Under the pieces are notes generated by a model. The model saw only the letters and a list, made by a program, of their open reading frames with translations, was not told the DNA's origin and did not search any database. Below are positions 51,620-62,954 of a stretch of DNA of 64,000 bases, piece after piece. Each line of letters begins with the position of its first letter. The stretch's first letter is position 1. Source of the stretch: Histomonas meleagridis 2922-C6/04-290x (taxonomy: Eukaryota; Protista; Parabasalia); contig JAANOX010000265.1 of NCBI GenBank assembly GCA_020184695.1, positions 123,210 to 187,209 on the forward strand, read 5' to 3'. The position numbers were made by a program, and so were the translations under genes.

Positions 51620-52960
51620 TCAAACAAACAAAGAAGAATTAAGAGTTCCGTTCTCATCAAACAGCCCATATTTTTTCATTTCATTGTTCCCCTTCACAAT
51701 TCCGATTGCCACTTTTGCGTAATCTATTAAATCATTTGCACCAATTTGTTTAGCCAAATCCAAAGCGTTGCAATAATATTTTTCTGCTTTATCAAACTCA
51801 CCATAGATACAACACAATTTCCCAGCTGAAACAAGTGCCTCAAATGCAGTTGGTACGTCGCCTTGTTGTAATGATATTCTCGCTTGTGAATCGAAATAAT
51901 CTTCATGTGTATTAATCTGTTCCTTATTTTCATCAGATAACTTAAGCCTATCTCCAAAAGAAAGGTTAGAAAGTTGCGTGAATCCAATATCTTTAACTTT
52001 TGTCTCATTTTCCATTAATTCGATTTGATCATTTAATGCGTTTTTCATTCGTTTAACTTGTTCATAAAAAGGGGAATCTTCGTCCTCAATCATTTCTTTT
52101 GTGATATCGAGCGCCGATTGATAAAATTCGACGCTTTTATTTATTTCGCCTTTTTCGCGATATATTAACGCGATATTACAATTTGCAGCAATTGCTTCAA
52201 ACATTGAGCAACTAAATGAAAGATGTCGCATGTTCCACTCAATCGCTTCATCATACATATGAAGAAGATAACAATTTACTGCTATTCGATTAAAAACTAT
52301 TGGATCGCTTTCAGCGCCAAGTGTTTGGATGTATTTAAGGTAATATTCATTAGCTTTACGAAGATGTCCTTCGCTTTCATATAGAAGACCAATGTTAAAA
52401 TAAGCAGAGCCTTCGCCTTTGATGTTGCCTGAACGATTTGATGATTGAACTAAAAGATGAAGATCTCGTAAAGCTTTTTTAAAATCAAGTTTGGTAGAGT
52501 TGATGCTTAAACGAAGTGGCTGAAGGCCATCAAAGTTTAACGAGATAACATCGGGTTTAACAGATTCATTGACTGCAAATGAGCCATCTGCAACAATGCG
52601 TTGTGGATTGTTTAGAAGTGAATAGTTTGAATTGTTAGTGTTATGAACATTCATTCGTGAAAATCTGGACGGATTCTGTGGAATGCAGAGAGAAAAATTA
52701 TCTGTAACAGAACTTGTATCAGTAGAACTTTCTTTGGTATCCATTGGTGGAAGTTCAGGTTTTGATTTGGACTTTGGCTTATTTCTTGAAGCAAAATGAG
52801 CTTCGACTTGACGAACTACAGTGGGTGGAATTGAATTTGGTCCAAACTCAGGTGGAGGTACATGATTGGTTGGTGCTGGATAACATCCGATGGTTGTTTT
52901 ATTTTTTGTTTGTCGTGGGATTTTTATAATATTTCTTTTTGTTGGAGAAACATTTTTCAT
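51620..52960 (-). CDS. Tetratricopeptide-repeat protein
   Basis: TPR motifs AYFNIGLLYESEGHLRKANEYY, ANCNIALIYREKGEINKSVEFY, AEKYYCNALDLA. Confidence 0.75.
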   Translation of the reverse strand: MKNVSPTKRNIIKIPRQTKNKTTIGCYPAPTNHVPPPEFGPNSIPPTVVRQVEAHFASRNKPKSKSKPELPPMDTKESSTDTSSVTDNFSLCIPQNPSRFSRMNVHNTNNSNYSLLNNPQRIVADGSFAVNESVKPDVISLNFDGLQPLRLSINSTKLDFKKALRDLHLLVQSSNRSGNIKGEGSAYFNIGLLYESEGHLRKANEYYLKYIQTLGAESDPIVFNRIAVNCYLLHMYDEAIEWNMRHLSFSCSMFEAIAANCNIALIYREKGEINKSVEFYQSALDITKEMIEDEDSPFYEQVKRMKNALNDQIELMENETKVKDIGFTQLSNLSFGDRLKLSDENKEQINTHEDYFDSQARISLQQGDVPTAFEALVSAGKLCCIYGEFDKAEKYYCNALDLAKQIGANDLIDYAKVAIGIVKGNNEMKKYGLFDENGTLNSSLFV

Positions 52961-53044
52961 GTTTTAATAACGGAATTTCAACGATAGAAATATTTGAATT
53001 CATAATGATCGAAACCTTTTAATTTGGAAGAGAAATAAGTTAGA

Positions 53045-53383
53045 ATGAAAACCTTATCTATGGGGAGACAAATTCTAATCGAAGACATAACAGAACTTAC
53101 TCCAAGAAGAGGAGCAACAATAGTACATGTAAAGATAGATAAACCACCAGAACTTGAAGAAGTTGATGCTAAAATTGATCAATTAGTTGATATGATGGCA
53201 ATATTAGAGGGAAGCCTAGATAAGCTCGAACAAGAATATTTCCAGGATATTGAACCAATTGGTGATTCAGATATTGATGCTCAATCAGTTGATGAAAATT
53301 GGAATGTTATTCAGAATGAATATAACAAAGAATTTGATGATAAAGAAAAAGAGTATCAAGCTTTACTTCGCAAAATCAAATAA
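53045..53383 (+). CDS. Small acidic coiled-coil hypothetical protein
   Basis: 112-aa ORF with heptad segments; head-to-head with the TPR gene. Confidence 0.55.
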   Translation: MKTLSMGRQILIEDITELTPRRGATIVHVKIDKPPELEEVDAKIDQLVDMMAILEGSLDKLEQEYFQDIEPIGDSDIDAQSVDENWNVIQNEYNKEFDDKEKEYQALLRKIK

Positions 53384-53590
53384 TATATCTTATTCATTTA
53401 TTAAATCTTTGTATGTTTATTATAATAAAAAAAATATATTACTTAGCGTTTGTTAAAAATATTTGTTTTGGAATTATTAAACAAATTTGGGAAGAAATAA
53501 TGTTATCAATAAAACAAGTATTTTAACGACCGTTAAATATCATAGGGATATTTTTACCCTTTTACGTTTGAAATTTTTGTTCAAACAATA

Positions 53591-54238
53591 ATGCAATCGA
53601 AAAATATTGATTCAATTGGACAAAGCACTTCATTACTACTTCGTGATTCAAAGCATTTTTCTGATTTAATTCGAAAAAACATGAAAATGGCAAATGAAAA
53701 AGAAAGATCAGTTGGAATATTATGTGAACAATTAGCCGAAATGTGTGAAACTGCTTCAAAAAACCAATTTTCCACAGTACAGACAACGTTAGTTGGATTT
53801 GCTACAATATTGTATCGGATAGAACTTTCACGAAAATCATTATATCAAAGGATCAATATCTTATCTGAAAATTTTTTACTTAATTCATCTAAGAATGTAC
53901 AAGCCACAATTCAAGAACTGGCTAAAAGAGATTCTGCCTTTAAAAAAATACAGAAAATTCCACCTGCTGAAAATGACCCTCATGCAGCTAAAAATAATGC
54001 ACTTCTAACACAAGCGTCACAAACAAACATTCAGGTATGTAATAGTGTACAGGCATGGTCAAATCAGTATAACACAGAACTAAAGAATGATTTAAGGGAA
54101 TATGCTGTTGCACAAATGGAATTTGCAGCAAAGGCACTTGAACAGTGGACAAACTTCTTAAGTGATTTGGCCATTCTTGATTTTAATACAGATACGGACG
54201 AAGCTATATCGATGCTTGAGGAAGATGTGGAAAATTAA
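53591..54238 (+). CDS. BAR-like helical protein (possibly FAM92/CIBAR-like)
   Basis: Three long amphipathic helices over 215 aa. The family assignment rests on pattern only. Confidence 0.45.
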   Translation: MQSKNIDSIGQSTSLLLRDSKHFSDLIRKNMKMANEKERSVGILCEQLAEMCETASKNQFSTVQTTLVGFATILYRIELSRKSLYQRINILSENFLLNSSKNVQATIQELAKRDSAFKKIQKIPPAENDPHAAKNNALLTQASQTNIQVCNSVQAWSNQYNTELKNDLREYAVAQMEFAAKALEQWTNFLSDLAILDFNTDTDEAISMLEEDVEN

Positions 54239-55006
54239 ATTACTAAAATAAATTATATATAAATTGTTCATAACAACTCTAGAGTTTGGGAAAATGAAAA
54301 AATTACAGAGGCGTTAAATTTCCTTTCTAGATTTTAACTTATAATTATCATTAAATCTGCAGTATTTTCTTTGTTTGTTGCCAAGGAATTCATGAATCCA
54401 ATTTTGTATATCCAATCTTTCATTAAAATATTTTGGAAATATCCAGTTTTCCTCAAAATTCCTGCATGAAAATACACCAAATTTAAATGTATAATGCAAT
54501 ACAAATAGTGCTTATTATATCAAAAAACTAAAGAAAATTTCCTTTATTTCTAGAAATCTATTAAATTTTTATTCTTATCTATATATTGATTTTGGAAAAT
54601 GCAAAAGATAATTTATGGAAAATAAAAAGTTAATCAGAATCATTTCTTTGCATTTTAATGCAACAATCTTTTTTATAAAAAATAAGAATATTATTATGTT
54701 ATAATGCATTCAACAACAAGGATAAGGTCCAAAAAATACGTTAAGTCACTTGGCTTTAATAACTCTGAAGTTGTTAATGCTACAATAAAGCTACTGTCGA
54801 AATGAGGGAATCCATATCAAAATCGATTGATAGAATTTTCTGCACAACGATAGAGATTTTCATATAAAATTGATCGTTTATAAGTGAATTTTTTATCGAT
54901 CATTTTTGATTTTTGAAAGAATCTTCATTTTACAGTGATCGAATTTTGAAAACTTTATTTTTTTAGCTGCAATTTTTGGGTAGGTGTAGCAACCCATTTT
55001 TCTCAG

Positions 55007-58000
55007 ATGAAGAAGCCAAATAAACAAAAAAAAGAAGCACATCCGCCTCTATCAAGTGAAGAATTAATAGAGGCATATAAAAAAGAATTTACAGAATATC
55101 TAAATCGATCAGTTAGTAATCGTTGGGGGAGATCTCCCGCAAAATCCTCAATTATAAAGAGTATAAATAATTTAATGCAAGCTATGACCAAAAATCAAAA
55201 CTTATATGCATGTATTATTTATCAGTCTCTTGATCTATACACAGAATTTTTTGAAAAACCATATGATGTAGACATACGAATTGAAGCCTGGAATTCCATG
55301 CTAAATATTATAAATGTTTATCAATGTTCTGTCAACGAGTCCAATAAATTTCTTAAAAAGGCGTTAGAAGATAGTTTACGCAACAAAGAAAGATCAACCC
55401 CAGAGACAAGGAGGTATGCTTTCAAACTTTGTGATATTTTATTCCAAATTGTTGAGAAAGAAGATTTTTCTCATTTTGTATATTGGTGGGAAATCATTGG
55501 CCATTGTATATTACCATATTTTTTCAATGGCGAAGGTACTGAAGACATTCGCAGTATTCGTGATGAGGTTGCTCTTGATTTTATTAAGTTAATAGTTAAT
55601 GCGATTGAAGTCCAAAAATTCCCAAAAGAGCAAATTTTCACAGACGAATATGAATTTCCTATCCATAACTTTGAGTCCATCTTTGCCTCAGTTTATAGCT
55701 ATTTACAAAAACGTGGCGATGCCAAATCAGTTGATCTTATCTATCGATTTTTTGATATATTCTTTCCAAGTATTTATAAGAAGTCCATTCAACAAAACCC
55801 GATACCCGAAATCTATCAATTTGTCATATATTCACCATTATATAGTAGTTGCAAGACATTATTAAATTTATTACAAAAGATCGAACCGAACAATTTAAAT
55901 TTATATATATTTCTAATGAACATCAGTTTTTTCATTATATATTTTTTATTTAAACAATTACGCATTACATCAAAGAGCAACAAAGAATATGAATATATTC
56001 AAGAGCGATTATTTCTTCATATCTTACGCGTTAATAATATATTTCATGGGATTACAAAAATAGAAGATCAAAAGAAGTTATTTTCCATTGTATTTAATTC
56101 ACAAACTACAGATATGATACCATTTATGCTTGTTTTTTATATCTCCATTTTATTAACACAAAAAGAAGCTGATTTAGATATGGAAGAATTCTCTAAATTT
56201 ATTGAGCGTTCTGTTCATCATGATAAAATACTTACTGAGAACTTAATGCAAAAAGTTATATCACAATTAGCAATAGTTTTTTCAATCACATTATTTAATA
56301 TAAAAGATGGCGAAATAGTAAATAATCCAGTGTTATATGAATATCAAAAGATAAAATTCACATCGAATATTAACATCGAAAATTCATTTTTTTATTTTGT
56401 TTATTTTTCGAAAGTTAATTGGAGTAAAGAAAGTATTACATTGTTTCTCAATGAATTGTTTAAAAGATGTGACCCAATCATCGAGAATGGTATTAGTTGG
56501 GTCTTTTCGAAGACATTACTTGAAATCAAAAAGACATTACAAGTGAATGCGCCAATAATTTATGAATTCTTAATCCCTTATTTGTTACAAATGTTATATA
56601 AGAAAATTAATATCTTCCAATTAAAAGTAGTATATGATTTGATACAAGAAGCGTTCGTTTCAAAATGTTTAAACTATGAAATGTCAAGAGATTGGATAAT
56701 GGTGTTAAAGAAGGCAATAACAGAACAAACATTCTCATTAGAAATTTTCATTTTGGTGATCGAAACATTTTTAAAAGTGATCCCTTTGTCACTTGCTTTA
56801 GGGCCTTTGATTGTAAACGCGATTACAAACCTTCCAATGAATGTACTCGATGATGATCAAACTTCTTTACTTGTATCATTTCTAATTTCTTTTGTTTTGA
56901 TCGCATATAAAATAGATGGAATTGAATTGGAAAGTACAATCTTGATGATAGGTATTACAACAAAAAGAAGAATAGTTGAGAAAGAAATGGAAAATATGTT
57001 TTTCTTGTTGTTAATTAGTTTGGTTTCAAAGTCAAAACCTTATGGACAACTTCTGACAGATTTGTTTAACGATCTCTTCAACTTTTTCTTAGGAAAATTG
57101 GAAGATAATACAATTGGAATGAATTTCTTGTTGAATATGACGATCTTGGCAATATATTCAAATTTGATACACAAAAGAATGGCAAACTTTTTCAAACGAT
57201 TGATAAAAACGATCGAAAAATGCCTTCAGAAACCTGACATTGAAATTGAAATGACCACAATTTTGGTTCAATTTTTGATTGACTTGATGACGTTTATAAC
57301 CGATAGGGATATATTTGTACTATGTTATAAAGTACTTACATCTGAATCGATAGTTAAAAAGAGACTAATACAAAAATTAATACAGCAAGAACTTGACTCC
57401 TTTTTATTACACTTTAGAAAGATTAATGGTGATTCAAGTGAAATACAAAATGTATTATCAAAAATTGCAAACATGGAAAACAAGTTGGTTGTCATATCAA
57501 AGAATAAAAGGTTTTGTATCTGTACCTTCGAACAAAATCGAATTTCGATCACATCTACAAATCCTTATGGATCTTCTTCATATGAAGTTACACCTATAGG
57601 AAATGCGCCAACATGTAAAGCGTTTCCACAGTCGTTTATCTTTTGGTCTACATTAAGATTAATGAATGGTAAACAAATCAAAACAACAATTCCAGATAAA
57701 ATGGAAAGTTATATTGATGATATTTCTAAATACTCTGACCAAAGGCCATGTTTAAACATTGGCATAAACAATGCAGCACGACTTCAGCAATTGAAAAGTT
57801 TTAAATATTTTCTACAAGAAATTCGAAAAATCCATCATCCAAGGTTTAACGTACATTTTACATATCCTTTAGCGGATGCTGATGTATGTATATTATGGTT
57901 AGAAATGTACATGGACTATTATTATTATGTTGACTTATACGAGAACGTTAAGATATTTATATTTATTCAAGAAAAAAGAAACGGTCTCTTTCTGGTGAAC

Positions 58001-58204
58001 GTTTATAACCGCTGTGGCATTAATATCAATTATGGCTTGTTACCAGACAATAAGATCATTATACCAATTAGATTGTTACCTTTTGCTGTAGGTTGGACAG
58101 GCTTGTTGCTAGCGAGTGCATTATATGATAAAACGCAAAAAGTTGAAGATGAAGAATTTGATACATTTTTCAGAGAAATCGGTAAAAAGCAACAAGACGC
58201 ATAA
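55007..58204 (+). CDS. Large helical-repeat protein, possibly tuberin/RalGAP-like with a degenerate Rap-GAP C-terminus
   Basis: 1065-aa ORF. HEAT-like helices, then ISITSTNPYGSSSY and SFKYFLQEI segments weakly reminiscent of Rap-GAP proteins. Confidence 0.45.
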   Translation: MKKPNKQKKEAHPPLSSEELIEAYKKEFTEYLNRSVSNRWGRSPAKSSIIKSINNLMQAMTKNQNLYACIIYQSLDLYTEFFEKPYDVDIRIEAWNSMLNIINVYQCSVNESNKFLKKALEDSLRNKERSTPETRRYAFKLCDILFQIVEKEDFSHFVYWWEIIGHCILPYFFNGEGTEDIRSIRDEVALDFIKLIVNAIEVQKFPKEQIFTDEYEFPIHNFESIFASVYSYLQKRGDAKSVDLIYRFFDIFFPSIYKKSIQQNPIPEIYQFVIYSPLYSSCKTLLNLLQKIEPNNLNLYIFLMNISFFIIYFLFKQLRITSKSNKEYEYIQERLFLHILRVNNIFHGITKIEDQKKLFSIVFNSQTTDMIPFMLVFYISILLTQKEADLDMEEFSKFIERSVHHDKILTENLMQKVISQLAIVFSITLFNIKDGEIVNNPVLYEYQKIKFTSNINIENSFFYFVYFSKVNWSKESITLFLNELFKRCDPIIENGISWVFSKTLLEIKKTLQVNAPIIYEFLIPYLLQMLYKKINIFQLKVVYDLIQEAFVSKCLNYEMSRDWIMVLKKAITEQTFSLEIFILVIETFLKVIPLSLALGPLIVNAITNLPMNVLDDDQTSLLVSFLISFVLIAYKIDGIELESTILMIGITTKRRIVEKEMENMFFLLLISLVSKSKPYGQLLTDLFNDLFNFFLGKLEDNTIGMNFLLNMTILAIYSNLIHKRMANFFKRLIKTIEKCLQKPDIEIEMTTILVQFLIDLMTFITDRDIFVLCYKVLTSESIVKKRLIQKLIQQELDSFLLHFRKINGDSSEIQNVLSKIANMENKLVVISKNKRFCICTFEQNRISITSTNPYGSSSYEVTPIGNAPTCKAFPQSFIFWSTLRLMNGKQIKTTIPDKMESYIDDISKYSDQRPCLNIGINNAARLQQLKSFKYFLQEIRKIHHPRFNVHFTYPLADADVCILWLEMYMDYYYYVDLYENVKIFIFIQEKRNGLFLVNVYNRCGININYGLLPDNKIIIPIRLLPFAVGWTGLLLASALYDKTQKVEDEEFDTFFREIGKKQQDA

Positions 58205-58380
58205 GACAATGTTTAGAACTAAATATATTCAACAGATACATAAAGAAAAGTTATATCGGAATAAAAAAAAATAGTTAAAACCCCATTTTTTGTTGCAAAA
58301 ATTTTACTTTTTGTATAAACTCTGATGATTCCTTTTGTTTTTAGCATAGATATATGTCATCAAACGGAATCTAAATAAGC

Positions 58381-59295
58381 TTAGAATACGTTTCCGCCAT
58401 CGAATTCATCATCCAAATCAGGTACATCAAATCCAAATTGATGCTTGACATCATAATAAAGACCTGGATATTGTTCGCTCTCCAAGTATCTGCGGATCCA
58501 TGGATGCTCCAATGCCTCTTGTGCTGTGATTCGTTCAGATGGGTCAACTCTCATCATATGGAAGATTAAATCTTTGGCACCTTCAGATACATCTTCCCAT
58601 TCTGGTCCATCAAAGTTGTAGTCGCCATTAATGATGGCACCTCTTTGATAGTAATCACCAGGTGGAAATGGTGATCTTCGTGATAATGCAATATATAATG
58701 TAACACCTAATGCCCAAATATCAACAGATTTGTCGTATGGAATCCTTTTGTGGATTTCTGGCGCTGAATATAATGGAGTTCCGAGATATTCATCACATAG
58801 ATAACCAGGTGGGAATCTCTTTGAAAATCCAAAATCGGATAGAACAAAGTATGGGTCTGTAAGAGAGCTGTCCATTAAAAGGAAGTTTTCTGGCTTAATG
58901 TCACGATGCCAAATATCTTTTGAATGCATGTAATCAAGAGCTGTAAGAGCTGTAAATGCGAATTTCATCGCAAGGCGTTCACTAAGAGCTCCATTCTTAT
59001 TTAAAAATTCAAACAAATCGCCTCCAACAGCTAATGGGAAAACGATAATTCTGAAATCGTCTTGATCAAAAATTTCGACGGCAGACATGAGGTACTCATG
59101 ACGCATTTCCCTTACGAGGGAACATTCATTTTGATAATGTTCTTCTAAAGCTTTATTTTTGTCAATAATTTTAAGAGCGAGTTTCTCATTTGAGGAAGGG
59201 TTTGTAGTTTCGCTAATTAATGCTGTGCCTGTTTCAAAGATAGTAGATCCAACCCAGTATTGGCCAAGGCGGCGTGGAACCTTGATGGAAAGCAT
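58381..59295 (-). CDS. CAMK-family Ser/Thr protein kinase
   Basis: ALK, HRDIKPEN, DFG, GTPLYSAPE, DIWALG; degenerate Gly-rich loop. Confidence 0.92.
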   Translation of the reverse strand: MLSIKVPRRLGQYWVGSTIFETGTALISETTNPSSNEKLALKIIDKNKALEEHYQNECSLVREMRHEYLMSAVEIFDQDDFRIIVFPLAVGGDLFEFLNKNGALSERLAMKFAFTALTALDYMHSKDIWHRDIKPENFLLMDSSLTDPYFVLSDFGFSKRFPPGYLCDEYLGTPLYSAPEIHKRIPYDKSVDIWALGVTLYIALSRRSPFPPGDYYQRGAIINGDYNFDGPEWEDVSEGAKDLIFHMMRVDPSERITAQEALEHPWIRRYLESEQYPGLYYDVKHQFGFDVPDLDDEFDGGNVF

Positions 59296-60025
59296 CTGTC
59301 AATTTCTAGGTAAAATTGTTACAAAACCGGTGTCATTCAAATTGAAATAATTGTTTGAATTTTTGAACCCAAAAGTGGTTCAATGGGAAAAGTGGCCACG
59401 AAGAACTGGCATTTTGAGCAATTATTATTAATAATTGCTTTATATTATTATAAATATGTTAGAAAAGATTATTTAGACTTTGTTGTATATATGTTTTGAA
59501 ATCATTTAAATTATAATTAATTACAAATTTAAGAAACTTTCAATGTTTACCTGAAAGACATCGATTGTGTGACAAAATTAATTCGAATTATGCTCAAATA
59601 GTTGGTAATTAATAATATGAAAGGAGAAAGTCAGCAAGCTAGGTTGAATGGTATTCAAAAAATATTCAACTTTCAAACACTTTGAATCCAAACTGTTTGA
59701 AAGGAAGAACCTGGTTGACTTTATGGAAAATTGTCCAGGGATAATTATAAAAAACATATTTGCAAAGCATTTCACAATTACAACCAATTTCAACCTATTT
59801 GTAAAAACATCTTATATAAAATATTTTGAATTCAAAATTTGAATTATGTATCTAATGATATATATATTTTTCATTAAAGATAGAAGGGGAATTTATAAAA
59901 AAAAAATATCAAATAACCAGGAAGGCAGGAAAATGTTTTCAAATATTTTAAATTTTTAGATGTTTTCCATGCATATGATATATTAATATATTGCTAATAA
60001 TTATTTACATAACTAAATATAACTA

Positions 60026-60685
60026 ATATCATCACAAAATGATTTTGATTTTAATCAGACTATCAAACCATCACTTTATGAAAGATGTTCATTTATTAAT
60101 CAAGAAAATGTTACATTAATTGATTATGCAGTATTTTTTTCTTCAATTAAATGTTTTAAATATTTACTTATGAACAATGCAAAAGTAAATAATACAGGTA
60201 AATATGCAGCTGCAGGTGGAAATGAAGAAATAATTCATTTATGTGAACAAAATCATTCAACATTTGAAGATGCATATGAAACAGCAATTGAATATCATCA
60301 AAATGATGTCTTTAAATATATTTATGATAATAAATTAGAAAAAATACAATCAAATCCAAAAATGTCTAAAGTCACACATTATATTGGAATATGTTTTAAT
60401 AATTTGGAATATGTTTTAATAATTTGGAATATGTTTTAATAATTTGAAACAGCACTTCATATAGCAGTTAGAAATAATAAAATAGAAATAGTAAAATTAC
60501 TTTTAGGTAAAGAAGGAATTGATGTTAATGCAATAAATATTCATTTTAATAATTTGAAATATATTTTAATAATTTGGAATATGTTTTAACAATATTTGAC
60601 CGCAATTCAAATTGCAGAACAAAAAGGATACACAAAAATAGTAAATTTCCTTCATGAAAAAAGCACGAACGAAAATTCTAATTAA
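60026..60685 (+). pseudogene. 5'-truncated paralogue of the 17483 DUF3447-type ankyrin gene, with the same kind of spacers
   Basis: SSQNDFDFNQTIKPSLYERC...GGNEEIIHLCEQ; spacer 60371-60448; 90-nt ankyrin block 60449-60538; spacer 60539-60598; terminal block to TAA at 60683-60685. No start codon for the upstream part. Confidence 0.7.
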
Positions 60686-61299
60686 AAAACTTTTTATAAA
60701 CATCAAATCTTCATTTTTAATAAGAAATGGAAATGAATAATATATTATATATTAATATATTAATGATAATTAAAAATAGATCCAGATATCAAAACTCAGC
60801 AGTCGAACTTACAAAAAATGTATATATAAACTCAATACCAGAAGTTGTTTATATGTTATGAATTTCGACAAAAAACTATTGAGGAATTTAGAGTTGAATC
60901 GCCCTTTTTTTTATGAATATAAAAAATAAAATTTTCAATGCTATGATTAAAATTTAGCTTTGGTTGAAAAATTCATTTATTGTTTAAACAGTATAAACTT
61001 ATGTTACTAGAGCATCAAGAGAAAAAAATGCTTGATTTTAATATGACTTTTGGGAGATTATATGCCGATTGTTTTGGCACTTTCATAATCGTTAACTGAA
61101 CAATAAGCATAACAACAATCGATGTAAAGCTCTCAAGTTATAGGGCATCCCATATATATAAAGACGTTAAGAACTGTAAAACCGTTTCCCGATAATCATG
61201 TGCTAGGGAATTATCCTTATATACATTTACAGATATTCAAGTATTTCATATGAAAGCATAAACATTTTCTTATTCTTTAGTAGAAAACATGTTTTTTTA

Positions 61300-62352
61300 A
61301 TGATATTCCTATTTAATAGCTGTATTCGACCGAATAAAAATATTTTTTATCACATAACATTTCACAAAATGACCGAAAATGATCCGCAATGCTATGACCT
61401 TATCAACGGAAATTTCCTAAATAGATGCTTTATTGTCAATGGCTATGACGGTCTCCGTCAGTTTACACAAACTTTTTTCAAACTTGTATATCCAACTATT
61501 ATTACATCTGTTATTATTATTCTTATAACTTTGCTTCCGTTTGTTTTTGAACTGTCCTCAAAACAGTTATATAGAAAGTCATTACGACTTTACAATGTTG
61601 TACGTTTTACATTATTATCTCTTTTTCACCGTGTTTCATATTGTTATTCATTGTGTTCAATTATCCGTTATCTCATTAATCAGTCAGATCCATGCCAATG
61701 CTCTTCTACATTAGAAAATATTCAAAACATGCCATACATTTATACTTGTTCAGCTGTTATGGTTGCGATGACACTTGTAGACTTTGCCAAATTTTCACCT
61801 AAAGTATTCTATTTCCTTGCAGCCTTCATTTGCATTGTTCCAAGCACACTATATATTTTATGTGGATATGTATCAGTTGGCCAAGTTCTAGCAACAACGT
61901 TTTTTTTCATAGCTATTCACATATACTCCACCAAATCCTCCAATCGTGTTATGTTTGTTGAATCCATTATTCTTTTTCTTGCAAATATCATAGCCGCAAT
62001 CATAGTAGCTTTTAAAGAGGAAATGACCAAATTCTCTGTCCGAAATTCGCCAGTTTCGGTCATGATACGCGGTCTTTTATGTAATCTTTTTGTCATTTTG
62101 CATGATCTAATGTTTCTCATCCAGAACAAATGGGGCTATTTCACCATCCAAACAGGTCTTCTGATGGTAGAAAATGAGCAGACAAGTGTTAGATCAGCGA
62201 TTTTATCATCTGATGATGAAATTGCAATTTTCCATCAAACAATGAAAAATGATAAAATTTATGGAATAATTATATTGGTCGTTATCATCATCGGAAAGTC
62301 GGGCGAATACGTGGTAGAGAACTACCTAAATCCGGTATCAGTAATGCCATGA
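61300..62352 (+). CDS. Multi-pass membrane protein, possibly a degenerate PAP2-like fold
   Basis: About 7-8 hydrophobic helices; likely start MTENDPQ. The PAP2 resemblance is weak. Confidence 0.6.
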   Translation: MIFLFNSCIRPNKNIFYHITFHKMTENDPQCYDLINGNFLNRCFIVNGYDGLRQFTQTFFKLVYPTIITSVIIILITLLPFVFELSSKQLYRKSLRLYNVVRFTLLSLFHRVSYCYSLCSIIRYLINQSDPCQCSSTLENIQNMPYIYTCSAVMVAMTLVDFAKFSPKVFYFLAAFICIVPSTLYILCGYVSVGQVLATTFFFIAIHIYSTKSSNRVMFVESIILFLANIIAAIIVAFKEEMTKFSVRNSPVSVMIRGLLCNLFVILHDLMFLIQNKWGYFTIQTGLLMVENEQTSVRSAILSSDDEIAIFHQTMKNDKIYGIIILVVIIIGKSGEYVVENYLNPVSVMP

Positions 62353-62954
62353 AATCGAATTGGTCAATTTATATTTAGGCGGAGTGTTGTAATGTAGTAT
62401 ACATTTTGAATATATACTCACTAAACATGCGAATTAAGGAAATAAATAGTTGTCGAAAAATGATTATTTGTGAAAAGACAAAATTTTGTTAAATGTTTGA
62501 TGAATTATTTTTTTAATATGTTAAAGCGATTTCAAAAAATTGTCTAGAAATGGAAGGAGATTTTCAGTTTTGAAATTCCAAGGAATTTTATATTCAGTAC
62601 AATGTTTATACAAAAAATACATATTTTTAACATTGTTTTATATTTTTGATAAAACGTATATTATTAAATCAAAGCATTGTTGATCAATGATAGTGTTTAT
62701 TTTTAAAGTTACTTTTTATGAATATTAATTTAATGATAATGTTAAAATATACTTAGCTTGAAAATTATCGATAATTTTTTCATTTAATATTACATGTTAT
62801 ATATTTTTAGATATCTAGAAATTTCACAGTTTTTGAACATTTGTAATGTATGTTTCGTTAACTCACTGTTGGCAAGACGATTAAGTTCGTTCAAACGTAT
62901 TTGATCGGTGCCGATCGTTTTTCAAAATTTTGTAGTCAACATAATTTTAGAACA

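Noticed and set aside
54700-54880. Coding-like remnant, minus strand, with an internal TGA
   Set aside because: Short, no start codon, no recognisable domain.
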